Positions 49,382-58,762 of a stretch of DNA of 64,000 nt are shown here, piece after piece. Numbering within the stretch: the stretch's first letter is position 1; every line of letters starts with the position of its first letter. The DNA is taken from positions 1,664,001 through 1,728,000 of the forward strand of contig OZ242365.1 of assembly GCA_965208905.1 (NCBI GenBank), in the 5' to 3' direction. Position numbers and translations under genes: made by a program. The DNA is from Nitrosopumilaceae archaeon (GTDB lineage Archaea; Thermoproteota; Nitrososphaeria; Nitrososphaerales; Nitrosopumilaceae). The notes beneath the pieces were generated by a model. That model had not been told where the DNA came from and did not search any database. It saw only the letters and a program-made list of their open reading frames with translations.

Positions 49382-49876
49382 TTATACTTTCTTTGTAGTC
49401 CATACACCTGGTGCTACCTGACTCACCAGTTGCTGCCGCTGCGTAGTATTGTCCTTCTTTAATACCTCGACTATATCACCAGGTTTTACCGGCTCCTCGT
49501 ATACGCGTACACACCACTTTGGCTTACTGCCTGTGGGATTCTGCAAAAAGTGGTTGCGCTTCTGCGGCCTGAAGAGGTTCTCACCGACCGCCTCACCCAG
49601 TACGTGTTGTTGCTCGCCGTTCTTGCTGTTTACCGTTACGCGGTCTCCCTGCACATGCGGGGCCGTGGTCTGTATCAGCCATTCATCACCGGGTTTCGTA
49701 AAGTGGGCCTCCGCAGTCTCGGCAACCCACTCAAAGGCGAAATCATCACCCATGGGTACGGAGAGCTTTGCGCGCCGCGCCACGTTGCTTGTGTCCAGTA
49801 TCTCAATTATGTCGCCAGACTTTTTGTCGGGGGCATGTATGGTGAATATGTCATCATAGGACGTAATCGTTGCCAT
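49382..49876 (-). CDS. Hypothetical protein with three ~45-aa repeats
   Basis: Start ATG 49876 from promoter spacing; repeats KSGDIIEI / VQGDRVTV / KPGDIVEV. Confidence 0.7.
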   Translation of the reverse strand: MATITSYDDIFTIHAPDKKSGDIIEILDTSNVARRAKLSVPMGDDFAFEWVAETAEAHFTKPGDEWLIQTTAPHVQGDRVTVNSKNGEQQHVLGEAVGENLFRPQKRNHFLQNPTGSKPKWCVRVYEEPVKPGDIVEVLKKDNTTQRQQLVSQVAPGVWTTKKV

Positions 49877-49917
49877 GCAATGTAACGTATCCATCGTATA
49901 TAAGGGGTAAAAACCAC

Positions 49918-49932
49918 TGTAACCCTTTAACG
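49918..49932 (+). promoter_or_regulatory. Class II promoter motif TGTAACCCTTTAACG
   Basis: 30 nt to ATG 49956. Confidence 0.72.
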
Positions 49933-49955
49933 CCCCCCGAAAATGGTTGTTAAGC

Positions 49956-50354
49956 ATGATTAAACGAGCGATGGGTGGCAAGGCTGAGGGCGCCGAGGAC
50001 CCACTTGTGGCGGCAAAGAACGTCATATTTACCCTGATTGTGCTGGCCGCATTGCTGTGGATGGCTGATTTGCTGCTCGGTGTAGACACAAGTGCCCCTA
50101 CTGGCCGTCAATACCAATGTACAGCTAGTGATGGTAGTACGTCGATTGTGACGGATGCCAACGACTGTAATGGGGTAACGAGACCAATCACACCTGATGA
50201 CAACCCAGACGCGCCCAGCGACCTACTCGGTGGAATTAAGGAGGCAGAAACACTGGCCGCCCAAGCCGTGGGGTCGATACTGTTCATCCTCAAAATCATT
50301 GTCACCGTGGCCGCAATCGCAGTCATCGGCGTGCTGCGAGTACGAACATACTAA
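49956..50354 (+). CDS. Two-TM pilin-like protein
   Basis: Charged leader MIKRAMGGKAEG/AED, TM, Cys pair, C-terminal TM. Confidence 0.65.
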   Translation: MIKRAMGGKAEGAEDPLVAAKNVIFTLIVLAALLWMADLLLGVDTSAPTGRQYQCTASDGSTSIVTDANDCNGVTRPITPDDNPDAPSDLLGGIKEAETLAAQAVGSILFILKIIVTVAAIAVIGVLRVRTY

Positions 50355-50417
50355 GAATTTTTCCCTGTTTTTTGAAACCCATATAGCGCCTTATATCGTA
50401 TGGTACAGTATGATGGC

Positions 50418-50639
50418 ATGAAACACACAGATGTAATAGACACTGCCCTGCAGATTGTCAATACGGGACGCACTGCGCACATATACTATGATGGTTCCCT
50501 GCAGTGTGGTGAGGAACCTGCAGGCAAGACGATACTGGTCCTCAGGCCTACAAGGCGCGTTAGCCGGCAAACACTCCTGGTTATGTTGACACACCGCCTG
50601 CGCATGAAGGGTATTAGCAATGGAAAGCCATGCGCTTGA
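50418..50639 (+). CDS. Hypothetical protein
   Basis: ATG 27 nt after CC-TTATAT. Confidence 0.55.
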   Translation: MKHTDVIDTALQIVNTGRTAHIYYDGSLQCGEEPAGKTILVLRPTRRVSRQTLLVMLTHRLRMKGISNGKPCA

Positions 50640-50982
50640 TACGGTAGCCGGCTTGGTTGCCGGGCGGAATGCGTATGTGGCATCACCATATGGGGATGCA
50701 GATGCGCGGCGGTATGACAGATATGATGCAGTATTGCGCATGTGCGGCTATCTTATATCCGCCGGCGTGCGCGCATACTCACCCATAGTATACACACACC
50801 ACATACATGAGGCGGGCTACACGCCGCCGGATGGCTGGTATGAGTATGATCTGGGTATGTTGGGCATGTTTGATGTGCTGCTTGTATGCATGCTGCCAGG
50901 CTGGGAGGAGTCGCTTGGCGTACAGAAGGAGATTGCGCGCGCAAAGTCACTGCGCAAGCCAATACTATACGTGCGCGTCTAA
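50620..50982 (+). CDS. DUF1937 / nucleoside deoxyribosyltransferase-like protein
   Basis: YVASPY, YSPIVYTH, LPGWEESLGVQKEI. Confidence 0.8.
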   Translation: MESHALDTVAGLVAGRNAYVASPYGDADARRYDRYDAVLRMCGYLISAGVRAYSPIVYTHHIHEAGYTPPDGWYEYDLGMLGMFDVLLVCMLPGWEESLGVQKEIARAKSLRKPILYVRV

Positions 50983-53900
50983 TCATCCCCAATACCCAGC
51001 GTGCGCTTGTATTTTGTAATCACCAAAAACAGTACGGCTCCAACCACAATCGCCGGCATATACAGCCACAATACGCCACCAACCTCGTCTGTATCATATA
51101 CGGATATCTCCAGAGGTTCGGCGGCGGTAATCTCCGAGGACATCTCACCCCCATACACATTCCGTATGGTAACAACACCACCCTCCTCGTATGGTATAAT
51201 GCACGTGCTGCACGGCGTATCCACATCCTGCTTGATGCCGTCAATCAATACCTCGCGTACCGCACCAAATGTCTCAGGCGGTCGCACGTATATTGTGTCG
51301 GAGCGCTTGTTGTCCCGGCCCATATCCATATTGCCGACACCGTAATAGTCCACATATATCACGGTATTGTCTACACCCTCGCTTATCACATGCGTATCAT
51401 ATATCGGAATACCATTACAGCCGGGAGCCCCACCACCACTACATACTGCCTTGATGTGCAGTTTCTGCGGACCTACACTGGACATAACCGCCTCGTATGG
51501 CATGTCCAGTATGGAGAACGACTCTTCGGGCTCCTCACAGATAACATGTGGTACTAATTCACCCCCTATGCACTTGTAGTTTGTTGTGGTCTGTTTGCAT
51601 GCCTGCACACTCTGGCACGCGTAACTCCCCCCATCATTATAGTCCACATCCTGTACACTCACCCTCTTTATCTCATTATTCTCTACATTCTCGCAGCGTA
51701 GTATCCTGTTTGAACCTGCCTCCCACTGCAACTCATCCAAGGGTATGGGCTGCATCCCGTTGTCTGTCATGCGGCCATACATACCATCATATACATAAAC
51801 GACGCTCGGCTTCAGACCGGTTATATCATACGCTGCCGGAAACTCCCACTGCTTGTGTATGCCGTCCTGCGTAAACACATTCACGCACCTCTCATCCTGA
51901 TGTGCAATGCAGTCCTGTATGGAGTTGTCCCGCATACAATCCGACATGCGTTGTACTGTTTCAGGACATGATGTGTGGCCCGGTGTTACGTGCGGGGCCC
52001 ACAACCATTCAGTGCACTGCCCCCTGTGCTCCAGTATGCCCAATGTATCCAGCCACAGGCCGTTTCGGAACACCTCAACGGTAACATCGTCAACCCCACT
52101 CGCTACGGTCCATGGCTGGCCTGCCTCGCGCTTGGCCGCCGGTCCGTGCTTGGCGCCCTCGTAATCCTGTATAGTCATTGAGACGCCGGGCCTGTCCCTG
52201 CAGGACAGCCCATGCCAAAAGTCCCATATGGCCTCACCCCAGTCAAGGCTGAATATATTCAGTATGCTTCTGCCCTCGTCCCCGTCCACCATGCACTCGT
52301 GCATAATCATCTCGTGCGGTTCGGTTACGGGCCACATCTGTTCGGGGTATGCGGTTATGCGCAGTTCCACACCACCGCCGACCTCCCAGGGCACATCGCA
52401 CTGTACGCACGGTTGTATAGCCAGTACGCGCGCCACCGCATCATATTGTATGGTGCTTGGCGGAGTCTCCATTCCGGTTGCATGTGTTGTACCCCAGGAT
52501 TGTATTGTGCTGTTCCAGTATATGGTATCGGTGGGCCGTACATCACACGTACCACATACATCAAAGCGTATAACGCCCGTACCCGCGTGCAGCATCATCG
52601 TCGTATTACCAATACCGACATGTGATGGGGAGGATACGGGCCACTGCGGCGTGTACAACTCCAAGTCTCTTGATGTCTGGTGTGTATCCCGGGTAAACGA
52701 TATAGTCCCATATGGCGGCAGGCATGCGGGCGGCCAGTATTCATCAAATACCGGCTGGTACAGGGGCGGCATTGTCGCAGCGGAGGGTATTCGCTTTATG
52801 CTATCAAAGCTCTCAGGATCCTGGCATGTCTGATACTGTGTATGTGTATCGTATGTATCGCCAGCTGAGAGACACCATGGCTCCTGCACATCACAGTATC
52901 TATGCTCGCCATCCACAACATACGGTATTGCTATGTAATCACCAACCTTCTCAAAAGGCAGTATTGTATCATCCCTGATGCTATCAAACGATATGCCGTC
53001 TGCATCCACACTGCCATCAGGCGTAATGGTGCCGATAATAACAGCAGGATCGCAGTGTCCGTCGGGCCCGTCCTGTATGGTGTATGCATCGCTTAGACAC
53101 GCATCCAAATCATCACCACCATCCCGACCAAACTTTGCCCAGCAGTCCCCCACTGCATTAAACATCACGCCGGTACGATCCAGACACTTCCGTATGCCGT
53201 CCGATGTAAGCATATCCCAGTTGTCGGATATGTTGTTCCCGTCCAAGTCCGTACCCGATTCGACCACATCACAGATGTTGTTGTTGTCCGTATCCGTACA
53301 CGAGCAGTACAGACTGCCGTCCGATGTAAGCATGTTGCCCGGCCGCTCCACAACACCACCGAATGCCCCGGTTGTGGGCGTGTACGGCACATATACCAGC
53401 CGGTTGCTCCCGTCCCAGAACGGCTCCGGTGGGGTCGGCGAGAATTTTACCCCGCAGTCAGATTCCATGCATTCGCGCCAGTCATGTATGATATCACCGT
53501 TTATGGCCGGCTCATACATCCCTATGCTGAATCGCGCATGACACAGATAAGGGGTCGTAGTACCGCTCCCAATCTCGCTTGTATCGATAATTGGCGTCTG
53601 CACATCATATATGACACCCAAGTCAGTGCAGAGTGATACCATCACCTCATCTATCGTACGATATGACTCGCGCACGCACTGCGCGGTCGGTGATGCGCCG
53701 CACCACTGTATGACCATCTGCTCAAGGCGCTCATGCCCTCGTATGATATAATCATCCGGATATAAGAATGGCTGAAATACATCCTCGCATCTGCGATCAT
53801 GCTCCGGCTTGCACTCCCCGCCCCGATATACGCCACAATCCCTGTCCAGTATGCGTGAGAGTCCAATCGAGTGCTCGCACTGCACCGAATCCAACACATA

Positions 53901-55601
53901 GTGCTGTGGCATGTTGTCTGGCGAGCCTGAAAATATGCCCCTGTACGAGTAAGGAGTGACATCATCGCCGTATTGCGCAGCAAAGCCCGTCATGCCCCAG
54001 TCCTCGGGCTTTGGCTGGTTGACCTGCGCCCCTCCTTGGCTGGCTATCTGGTCCATCACACAATACGGTACAAAGTCCCTGTCCGTGCCGGGCGCATAGT
54101 CCCAGTTCAGGTATGGCGTGTCATGTGTTGTACATTCGCCATCAAGGCCGCACACGATATACTGGCCGGCAAGGCCGTCAAGCTTGGCACGCGTCTCCGG
54201 GTTGAGCGCCGACCACCTGCCCCACTCAAATGCTGCCGGCTCTGGTGGATATACCGTATATGATGATGGCGATACTCCGACAACGCCGTACGGCGCATCC
54301 TTGTCGGGGCACAACTCCCCCACTGTACGTCCCCACACATCGGTCGAGCCGGTCTGCCCGAATGGTACCGGCGCGCCATCCACATCATGTATGGTGCCAA
54401 CCGTACAGTAGTGCAACGTGTCGGATATTGTGCCATTAAAATCGACGATGACCGAGACCGGCCTGTCCATGGCTGTATCCCCACCCCAGGCAGTATTTGT
54501 GATGGCTGTTGTGTTTATCGCTGGGTTATACGTCGGGACAAACTGATAGGTGGTGTTGTATCCCTTTGTGATGTACTGGCCGTTATTCGTCATTGTGGCA
54601 GTAATCTGTACCGGGCCGCTCTGTCTGGCAGATATTACAAATAATGATTCGCCCTCGTCCAGTTTGCCTGGTACACCAGCCTCCGGTTCCTCCCACGGTA
54701 GGTTTTTTGCGTCTAGTTGTTGCGCACGATGCCCTATGTAGTCTGATGTACTATCAACCCCCGACAAGTCTATCCTGCATGTCTTCTCATTACAGTGAAA
54801 CTCCTCCACACTGCTTGTAGTGTCGTGTGTTATCTTTATTGTCTCATGCCTGTACGCGCCATACATCAGATTTGAGCCAACCTCCAGTGGTATGGCATCT
54901 TTGGGATAATTCGAGTAGTCTAAATTTGAGGCAGGATATCCCTCCATATCCAATATGTGATGCTCGTATATTGACGTCTCCCAGAAGGGGTTGCGGTATT
55001 GGAATCGCGGGTGTATTGTTGCGGTAGCCACCTGACAACCGTAAAGTGGATCATCAATCCCGCCGGTTACCGTGAATGCAGCACCGCCGGTAAGACCGCC
55101 CCCCTCCTGTATGCCGTTCTGGTGGGTGCGCGCACGTCCGTCTGAATCGTATTCGACAGTGTGAATGAAGCCATCATGTATGACACTGCCCGGCACCGGC
55201 TCGCTTGTTATTATCCTCATTTTCTGCGCGTATTGTATTGTCCCACTACCAGTACCGGCTACACCCCCAGAATCTCTGATGGAGTCCACCTCCGACCACC
55301 GGCCATCTGCCTTAGGTCCGTCTATCCCCATACCGCAGTTGCAATACTCGCCGATACTGTATCGTATACTCCCACCCACAGAGTCGCCGGGATACAGCGA
55401 TGGGTCATGCGGCGAGTTGTTTGTCGGAACAAACTCCCTACCGACATCATCCCCATACCATGAATACCACTGTGTTGCTCCCACCGTACAGGTAACCCCC
55501 CGAACCGTGACCGAGTCAGTCGCACTGTCGGATCCATCACCATACGCAATACCAACGACACAAAGTAGTGGTATTACACATGCTAGTCTGAGGCAACCCA
55601 G
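50979..55601 (-). CDS. Very large Cys-rich surface protein/adhesin with C-terminal TM (start uncertain)
   Basis: Over 1500 aa; frame is open upstream of 55484 and encodes a signal peptide; DTDNNNICD Ca-binding-like motifs. Confidence 0.8.
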   Translation of the reverse strand: MGCLRLACVIPLLCVVGIAYGDGSDSATDSVTVRGVTCTVGATQWYSWYGDDVGREFVPTNNSPHDPSLYPGDSVGGSIRYSIGEYCNCGMGIDGPKADGRWSEVDSIRDSGGVAGTGSGTIQYAQKMRIITSEPVPGSVIHDGFIHTVEYDSDGRARTHQNGIQEGGGLTGGAAFTVTGGIDDPLYGCQVATATIHPRFQYRNPFWETSIYEHHILDMEGYPASNLDYSNYPKDAIPLEVGSNLMYGAYRHETIKITHDTTSSVEEFHCNEKTCRIDLSGVDSTSDYIGHRAQQLDAKNLPWEEPEAGVPGKLDEGESLFVISARQSGPVQITATMTNNGQYITKGYNTTYQFVPTYNPAINTTAITNTAWGGDTAMDRPVSVIVDFNGTISDTLHYCTVGTIHDVDGAPVPFGQTGSTDVWGRTVGELCPDKDAPYGVVGVSPSSYTVYPPEPAAFEWGRWSALNPETRAKLDGLAGQYIVCGLDGECTTHDTPYLNWDYAPGTDRDFVPYCVMDQIASQGGAQVNQPKPEDWGMTGFAAQYGDDVTPYSYRGIFSGSPDNMPQHYVLDSVQCEHSIGLSRILDRDCGVYRGGECKPEHDRRCEDVFQPFLYPDDYIIRGHERLEQMVIQWCGASPTAQCVRESYRTIDEVMVSLCTDLGVIYDVQTPIIDTSEIGSGTTTPYLCHARFSIGMYEPAINGDIIHDWRECMESDCGVKFSPTPPEPFWDGSNRLVYVPYTPTTGAFGGVVERPGNMLTSDGSLYCSCTDTDNNNICDVVESGTDLDGNNISDNWDMLTSDGIRKCLDRTGVMFNAVGDCWAKFGRDGGDDLDACLSDAYTIQDGPDGHCDPAVIIGTITPDGSVDADGISFDSIRDDTILPFEKVGDYIAIPYVVDGEHRYCDVQEPWCLSAGDTYDTHTQYQTCQDPESFDSIKRIPSAATMPPLYQPVFDEYWPPACLPPYGTISFTRDTHQTSRDLELYTPQWPVSSPSHVGIGNTTMMLHAGTGVIRFDVCGTCDVRPTDTIYWNSTIQSWGTTHATGMETPPSTIQYDAVARVLAIQPCVQCDVPWEVGGGVELRITAYPEQMWPVTEPHEMIMHECMVDGDEGRSILNIFSLDWGEAIWDFWHGLSCRDRPGVSMTIQDYEGAKHGPAAKREAGQPWTVASGVDDVTVEVFRNGLWLDTLGILEHRGQCTEWLWAPHVTPGHTSCPETVQRMSDCMRDNSIQDCIAHQDERCVNVFTQDGIHKQWEFPAAYDITGLKPSVVYVYDGMYGRMTDNGMQPIPLDELQWEAGSNRILRCENVENNEIKRVSVQDVDYNDGGSYACQSVQACKQTTTNYKCIGGELVPHVICEEPEESFSILDMPYEAVMSSVGPQKLHIKAVCSGGGAPGCNGIPIYDTHVISEGVDNTVIYVDYYGVGNMDMGRDNKRSDTIYVRPPETFGAVREVLIDGIKQDVDTPCSTCIIPYEEGGVVTIRNVYGGEMSSEITAAEPLEISVYDTDEVGGVLWLYMPAIVVGAVLFLVITKYKRTLGIGDD

Positions 55602-56086
55602 AGTACATCACCTGTATCCGTAACGAGTATGAGCGGGTCCGAACACGGCCAGGGGTCAACCCGCACCAGAACAGAATACTTGGAATCCAGCGTCTGGTTA
55701 TACAGGTTTATGCTGTTGCCGCCCCCATCCGTACATGACCATGAGGGACTGCACGACGCCACCCTTGTGTTGCCCAAATCAACATATGTGATGTTTGCAT
55801 GTATTGCACCGCCGTTCTGATCATACGCCTTGAACGGTATGTTGGTAGAAAAGTCCCCGTAATTCACCACCAAAAATGTCAGAGGCGTGCCAGCCTGACA
55901 TTCCCGGCTTGTTACGTCAAGCTGCTCTACCGCCTCTGCGCGCAGCCTGTCCATCCTGGAACGCGTATCATCGGTCATCACCAGGGCGCTCTCACTAAAC
56001 GCGCCAAGCATAATGGTGGCAACAACCGCAGTGGCGCCCAGTATTATGGTAGCCGAGACTATCTCGCCTACGCCATATAGCCTCAT
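55583..56086 (-). CDS. Archaeal type IV pilin-like protein
   Basis: MRLYG/VGEIVSATIILGATAVVA class III signal; FLVVNYG. Confidence 0.8.
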   Translation of the reverse strand: MRLYGVGEIVSATIILGATAVVATIMLGAFSESALVMTDDTRSRMDRLRAEAVEQLDVTSRECQAGTPLTFLVVNYGDFSTNIPFKAYDQNGGAIHANITYVDLGNTRVASCSPSWSCTDGGGNSINLYNQTLDSKYSVLVRVDPWPCSDPLILVTDTGDVLWVASD

Positions 56087-56559
56087 CGAACCTCAACTAC
56101 CCCCGAGACCGAGTGCAGGGGGCCGCGTATTATATAGCCCAGCGTATCACCCCTCTCGGCATCAAAGCCCACATGTACCACACCCTCATATTGTACTTGT
56201 AATGCAGAGCCGGCCTGCTGTATAGTCTGACAGTCATGTATTGTATTGTTTCCCATTGCGCTTGCGCAGTCCGTGACAACCACCATGCCGGAATAGTCGC
56301 ATGTACTCCTGCCGTCTTTGGTCTCCAAACACAGATTGATGTCGCCCTCAAACTCAAGGGGCCCGCCAGGATACGTCATGGTAACATATATCCAAACCAA
56401 ATGCGAGGTGCCAAACCTGTCCCATGCCTCAACCCCCACATTCGATATCGCATATTCGCCGTATGTGTTGGCCGCATCTATCATTACCCCGGCCGCCACT
56501 ATGCCTGCCGCGCCCGCGCTAAGCATAATCAGCATCGAACCGGTAAGCTCTACTACCAT
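56083..56559 (-). CDS. Pilin-like protein
   Basis: N-terminal hydrophobic helix; first gene of the operon. Confidence 0.6.
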   Translation of the reverse strand: MVVELTGSMLIMLSAGAAGIVAAGVMIDAANTYGEYAISNVGVEAWDRFGTSHLVWIYVTMTYPGGPLEFEGDINLCLETKDGRSTCDYSGMVVVTDCASAMGNNTIHDCQTIQQAGSALQVQYEGVVHVGFDAERGDTLGYIIRGPLHSVSGVVEVR

Positions 56560-56581
56560 GATGTATAATGTGCGCGGGATA

Positions 56582-56596
56582 CGTTTTTGGATTACA
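56582..56596 (-). promoter_or_regulatory. Class II promoter motif TGTAATCCAAAAACG
   Basis: 29 nt to ATG 56559. Confidence 0.75.
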
Positions 56597-56633
56597 CGTT
56601 TTGGTGTGGCCTGGTGTGGTTACTCCGAAATTA

Positions 56634-58061
56634 CTACTGGCTTTCTCTGCGCAGCTTTGCTATCTCTGCATCATACTTGCGCTGCATGTTCTCCAGGGCA
56701 TTGTCCTGCGCTGCGGCCAGCTGCTGTATCATGCCAGTCAGTGATTGTAATACATCCTGTGACATGCCGTCCGAGCTGGACTGCTTTTTTAATATATTCA
56801 GCAGGTCGGTGGCCGGCAACTCCCTCTGCTTCTTTAGCTCAAATATCTCCTGCCGCATTGAATCCCTCTCCTGTCTCATGTCGCTGATCTCGCGGGTTAG
56901 GCGCTCCAGTTTTCCATCTTTTTCGCTTTCAAGTTTCTGTATGTTGGACGACATTGTACGGTTGGATCGACGGAGCCGGTCAGCATCATCTATGGTCAAA
57001 TCCGGCACGACCTTGAGATATTCGGCGGCCATCTCCAACATCGATGTCTTGAAGTAGTTCTTGTCCAACGATACCAGTCCCGTATGCCCCATCATGTACT
57101 CTGTCCGTATAAGCGATGCAAGCGAGTCGCCCGACAGGGCTTCCTTGCATGTCTTGTTGAAGAACTTGCGAAAGCCGTGGACCAGCTGCGTCTCGAACCG
57201 GGCCCCCTTCTTGCTGCCCGGCTCACGCAACCCTGCCTTGGTGGCCATCTCACGCACCCGTTTGGCAATGGACGGTTCTGAGGCCTTCCGCGGCAGTAGT
57301 TTGGTGGCTAAAAACAGGTGGTCGTCGGGGCGGGGCTGCCGGCACATCATGTTGGCCCACGTGCGACCATACTCCAACATGGCGTTGTACGCCTCCGGGG
57401 TCGCAAAGGCAGTGTACTTTTCCGGAGAGCCTGCATAAACATCAAGCGCCACACATACTACATCCCCCCCATCAGACGGGTCGGCCGTCAGGCGCCCATC
57501 CTCCAAGTATATTGGCGTGAGGTTGCCCCATGTCATGTTGAGGCCACCCAGCCGTACACCGGAGCTGGCCAGCAGCAGTACAATGGCCCTGTCCATAGGG
57601 TCACGGGCATGTACCAGCATTGCCACTATCTCTTCCCTGGTCCACCCCTTGGTGTCCAGCACATTGTCCTTTTCGGGCAGCGTCGAATATACGCGCCTCC
57701 AGTTTATCGTAATATCGTTCATCTCCAACAGTTTGCGTATGGGCTTGAAGTATGTCTTGAAGGATGTGGGGTTGAGATAGTCTGTGTGGTCCTTGGGCAG
57801 CTCAGACCTGGCACGCAGTTTCCAAGACAGGCTAATCAAGAGATCCAGCATCCAGTCGGGGTTGTCCCTTCCGTATTGGACGAACTGCGCCACGCGCTCC
57901 TCAAAGTCGCCCTCCAGTATATCCTCAAGTATGTCGCAGGTTATGCGTCGCAGTGTCGCAGTATACTTGCGGCGCGTGGCCTCGGCCCTTATGCCGTGGC
58001 TGAACAGCTGCAGGGGCGTCATGCCTCCAGACTTGCCTATCTCCTCCCGAGTCAACTTCAT
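56634..58061 (-). CDS. Tyrosine integrase with C-terminal coiled coil
   Basis: ASSGVR, HGFRK, MGH, Y (DKNY); ATG 58061 is 28 nt from TATA. Confidence 0.93.
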   Translation of the reverse strand: MKLTREEIGKSGGMTPLQLFSHGIRAEATRRKYTATLRRITCDILEDILEGDFEERVAQFVQYGRDNPDWMLDLLISLSWKLRARSELPKDHTDYLNPTSFKTYFKPIRKLLEMNDITINWRRVYSTLPEKDNVLDTKGWTREEIVAMLVHARDPMDRAIVLLLASSGVRLGGLNMTWGNLTPIYLEDGRLTADPSDGGDVVCVALDVYAGSPEKYTAFATPEAYNAMLEYGRTWANMMCRQPRPDDHLFLATKLLPRKASEPSIAKRVREMATKAGLREPGSKKGARFETQLVHGFRKFFNKTCKEALSGDSLASLIRTEYMMGHTGLVSLDKNYFKTSMLEMAAEYLKVVPDLTIDDADRLRRSNRTMSSNIQKLESEKDGKLERLTREISDMRQERDSMRQEIFELKKQRELPATDLLNILKKQSSSDGMSQDVLQSLTGMIQQLAAAQDNALENMQRKYDAEIAKLRRESQ

Positions 58062-58104
58062 GTCTTGTGTACAATGGAATCCTATTAAAGTTACCAAAAA
58101 GTAA

Positions 58105-58179
58105 TGGGCCCGGTGAGATTCGAACTCACGACCTTTCGATTATCAGTCGAACGCTCCAGCCAAGCTGAGCTACGAGCCC
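58105..58179 (-). tRNA. tRNA-Ile(GAT)
   Basis: GGGCTCGTAGCTCAGCTTGGCTGGAGCGTTCGA-CTGATAA-TCGAAAGGTCGTGAGTTCGAATCTCACCGGGCCCA. Confidence 0.97.
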
Positions 58180-58207
58180 TCTAATAAACCACCGTACAGT
58201 GACATTT

Positions 58208-58762
58208 TTAGGTTTCTTTCCACTTTATGGAACATCCGATGGATGGTTCAAAGTCTTTTTCGATGACATCGCCATACAACATGGTCTCGATATTGTTCGA
58301 CATCGTATCTGTGGTTACTTTGCCATCCGGACCATGACCATCATCCAATCTACCATGAAACACTAGTTTCTGATCTTCATTAAATAGAAAAGAGTCAGGA
58401 GTGCACATGGCGCCATACTTTTTGGCAACTTTTTGTGTGTCATCTACTAGATAATCAAATCCAAACTTTTTTTCTTTAGCAATCTTCTTCATGTTTTCAT
58501 AACTGTCTTCGGGATAATCTGTTGAGTCGTTACTGTTTATTCCAACCATGTGTATATGATCAGAGTATTTTCTGTATATCTCATTTAATGTGTCAATCTT
58601 TGCCTTTACGTATGGACAGTGATTGCACATAAAGACTACCAACAGTCCTTTTTTGAAGGTATATTCTATGTTGGAATGGGTTATACCATCTGTACCAAGT
58701 AACTCAAATTCAGGAGCCAACTCGCCGGTCTTTAGTGTGTTTTGAGATTCTAAAAGCACCAT
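58208..58762 (-). CDS. Thioredoxin-family (AhpC/TSA) protein
   Basis: CNHCPYV, GINSND, CTPD, SIGCSIKW. Confidence 0.92.
   Translation of the reverse strand: MVLLESQNTLKTGELAPEFELLGTDGITHSNIEYTFKKGLLVVFMCNHCPYVKAKIDTLNEIYRKYSDHIHMVGINSNDSTDYPEDSYENMKKIAKEKKFGFDYLVDDTQKVAKKYGAMCTPDSFLFNEDQKLVFHGRLDDGHGPDGKVTTDTMSNNIETMLYGDVIEKDFEPSIGCSIKWKET

Larger units (their letters stand above)
1..58104. mobile_element. Large integrated element (ICE/provirus-like) inserted at tRNA-Ile; left end outside the window
   Basis: Tyrosine integrase directly downstream of the tRNA-Ile 3' end; MGE-type content (ArdC, PriL, HNH, methylases, TnpB, pilins); host-like genes resume after the tRNA; second att copy not seen. 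Confidence 0.8.

Noticed and set aside
49877-50089. N-terminal extensions in the ORF track (also 6917-7000, 22606-22668, 36418-36504, 42106-42195)
   Set aside because: They overlap promoters or IS ends; downstream ATGs fit promoter spacing and homology
1-58104. Calling the element a provirus
   Set aside because: No capsid, terminase or portal gene recognised; no relaxase or VirB4 either, so the class is left open
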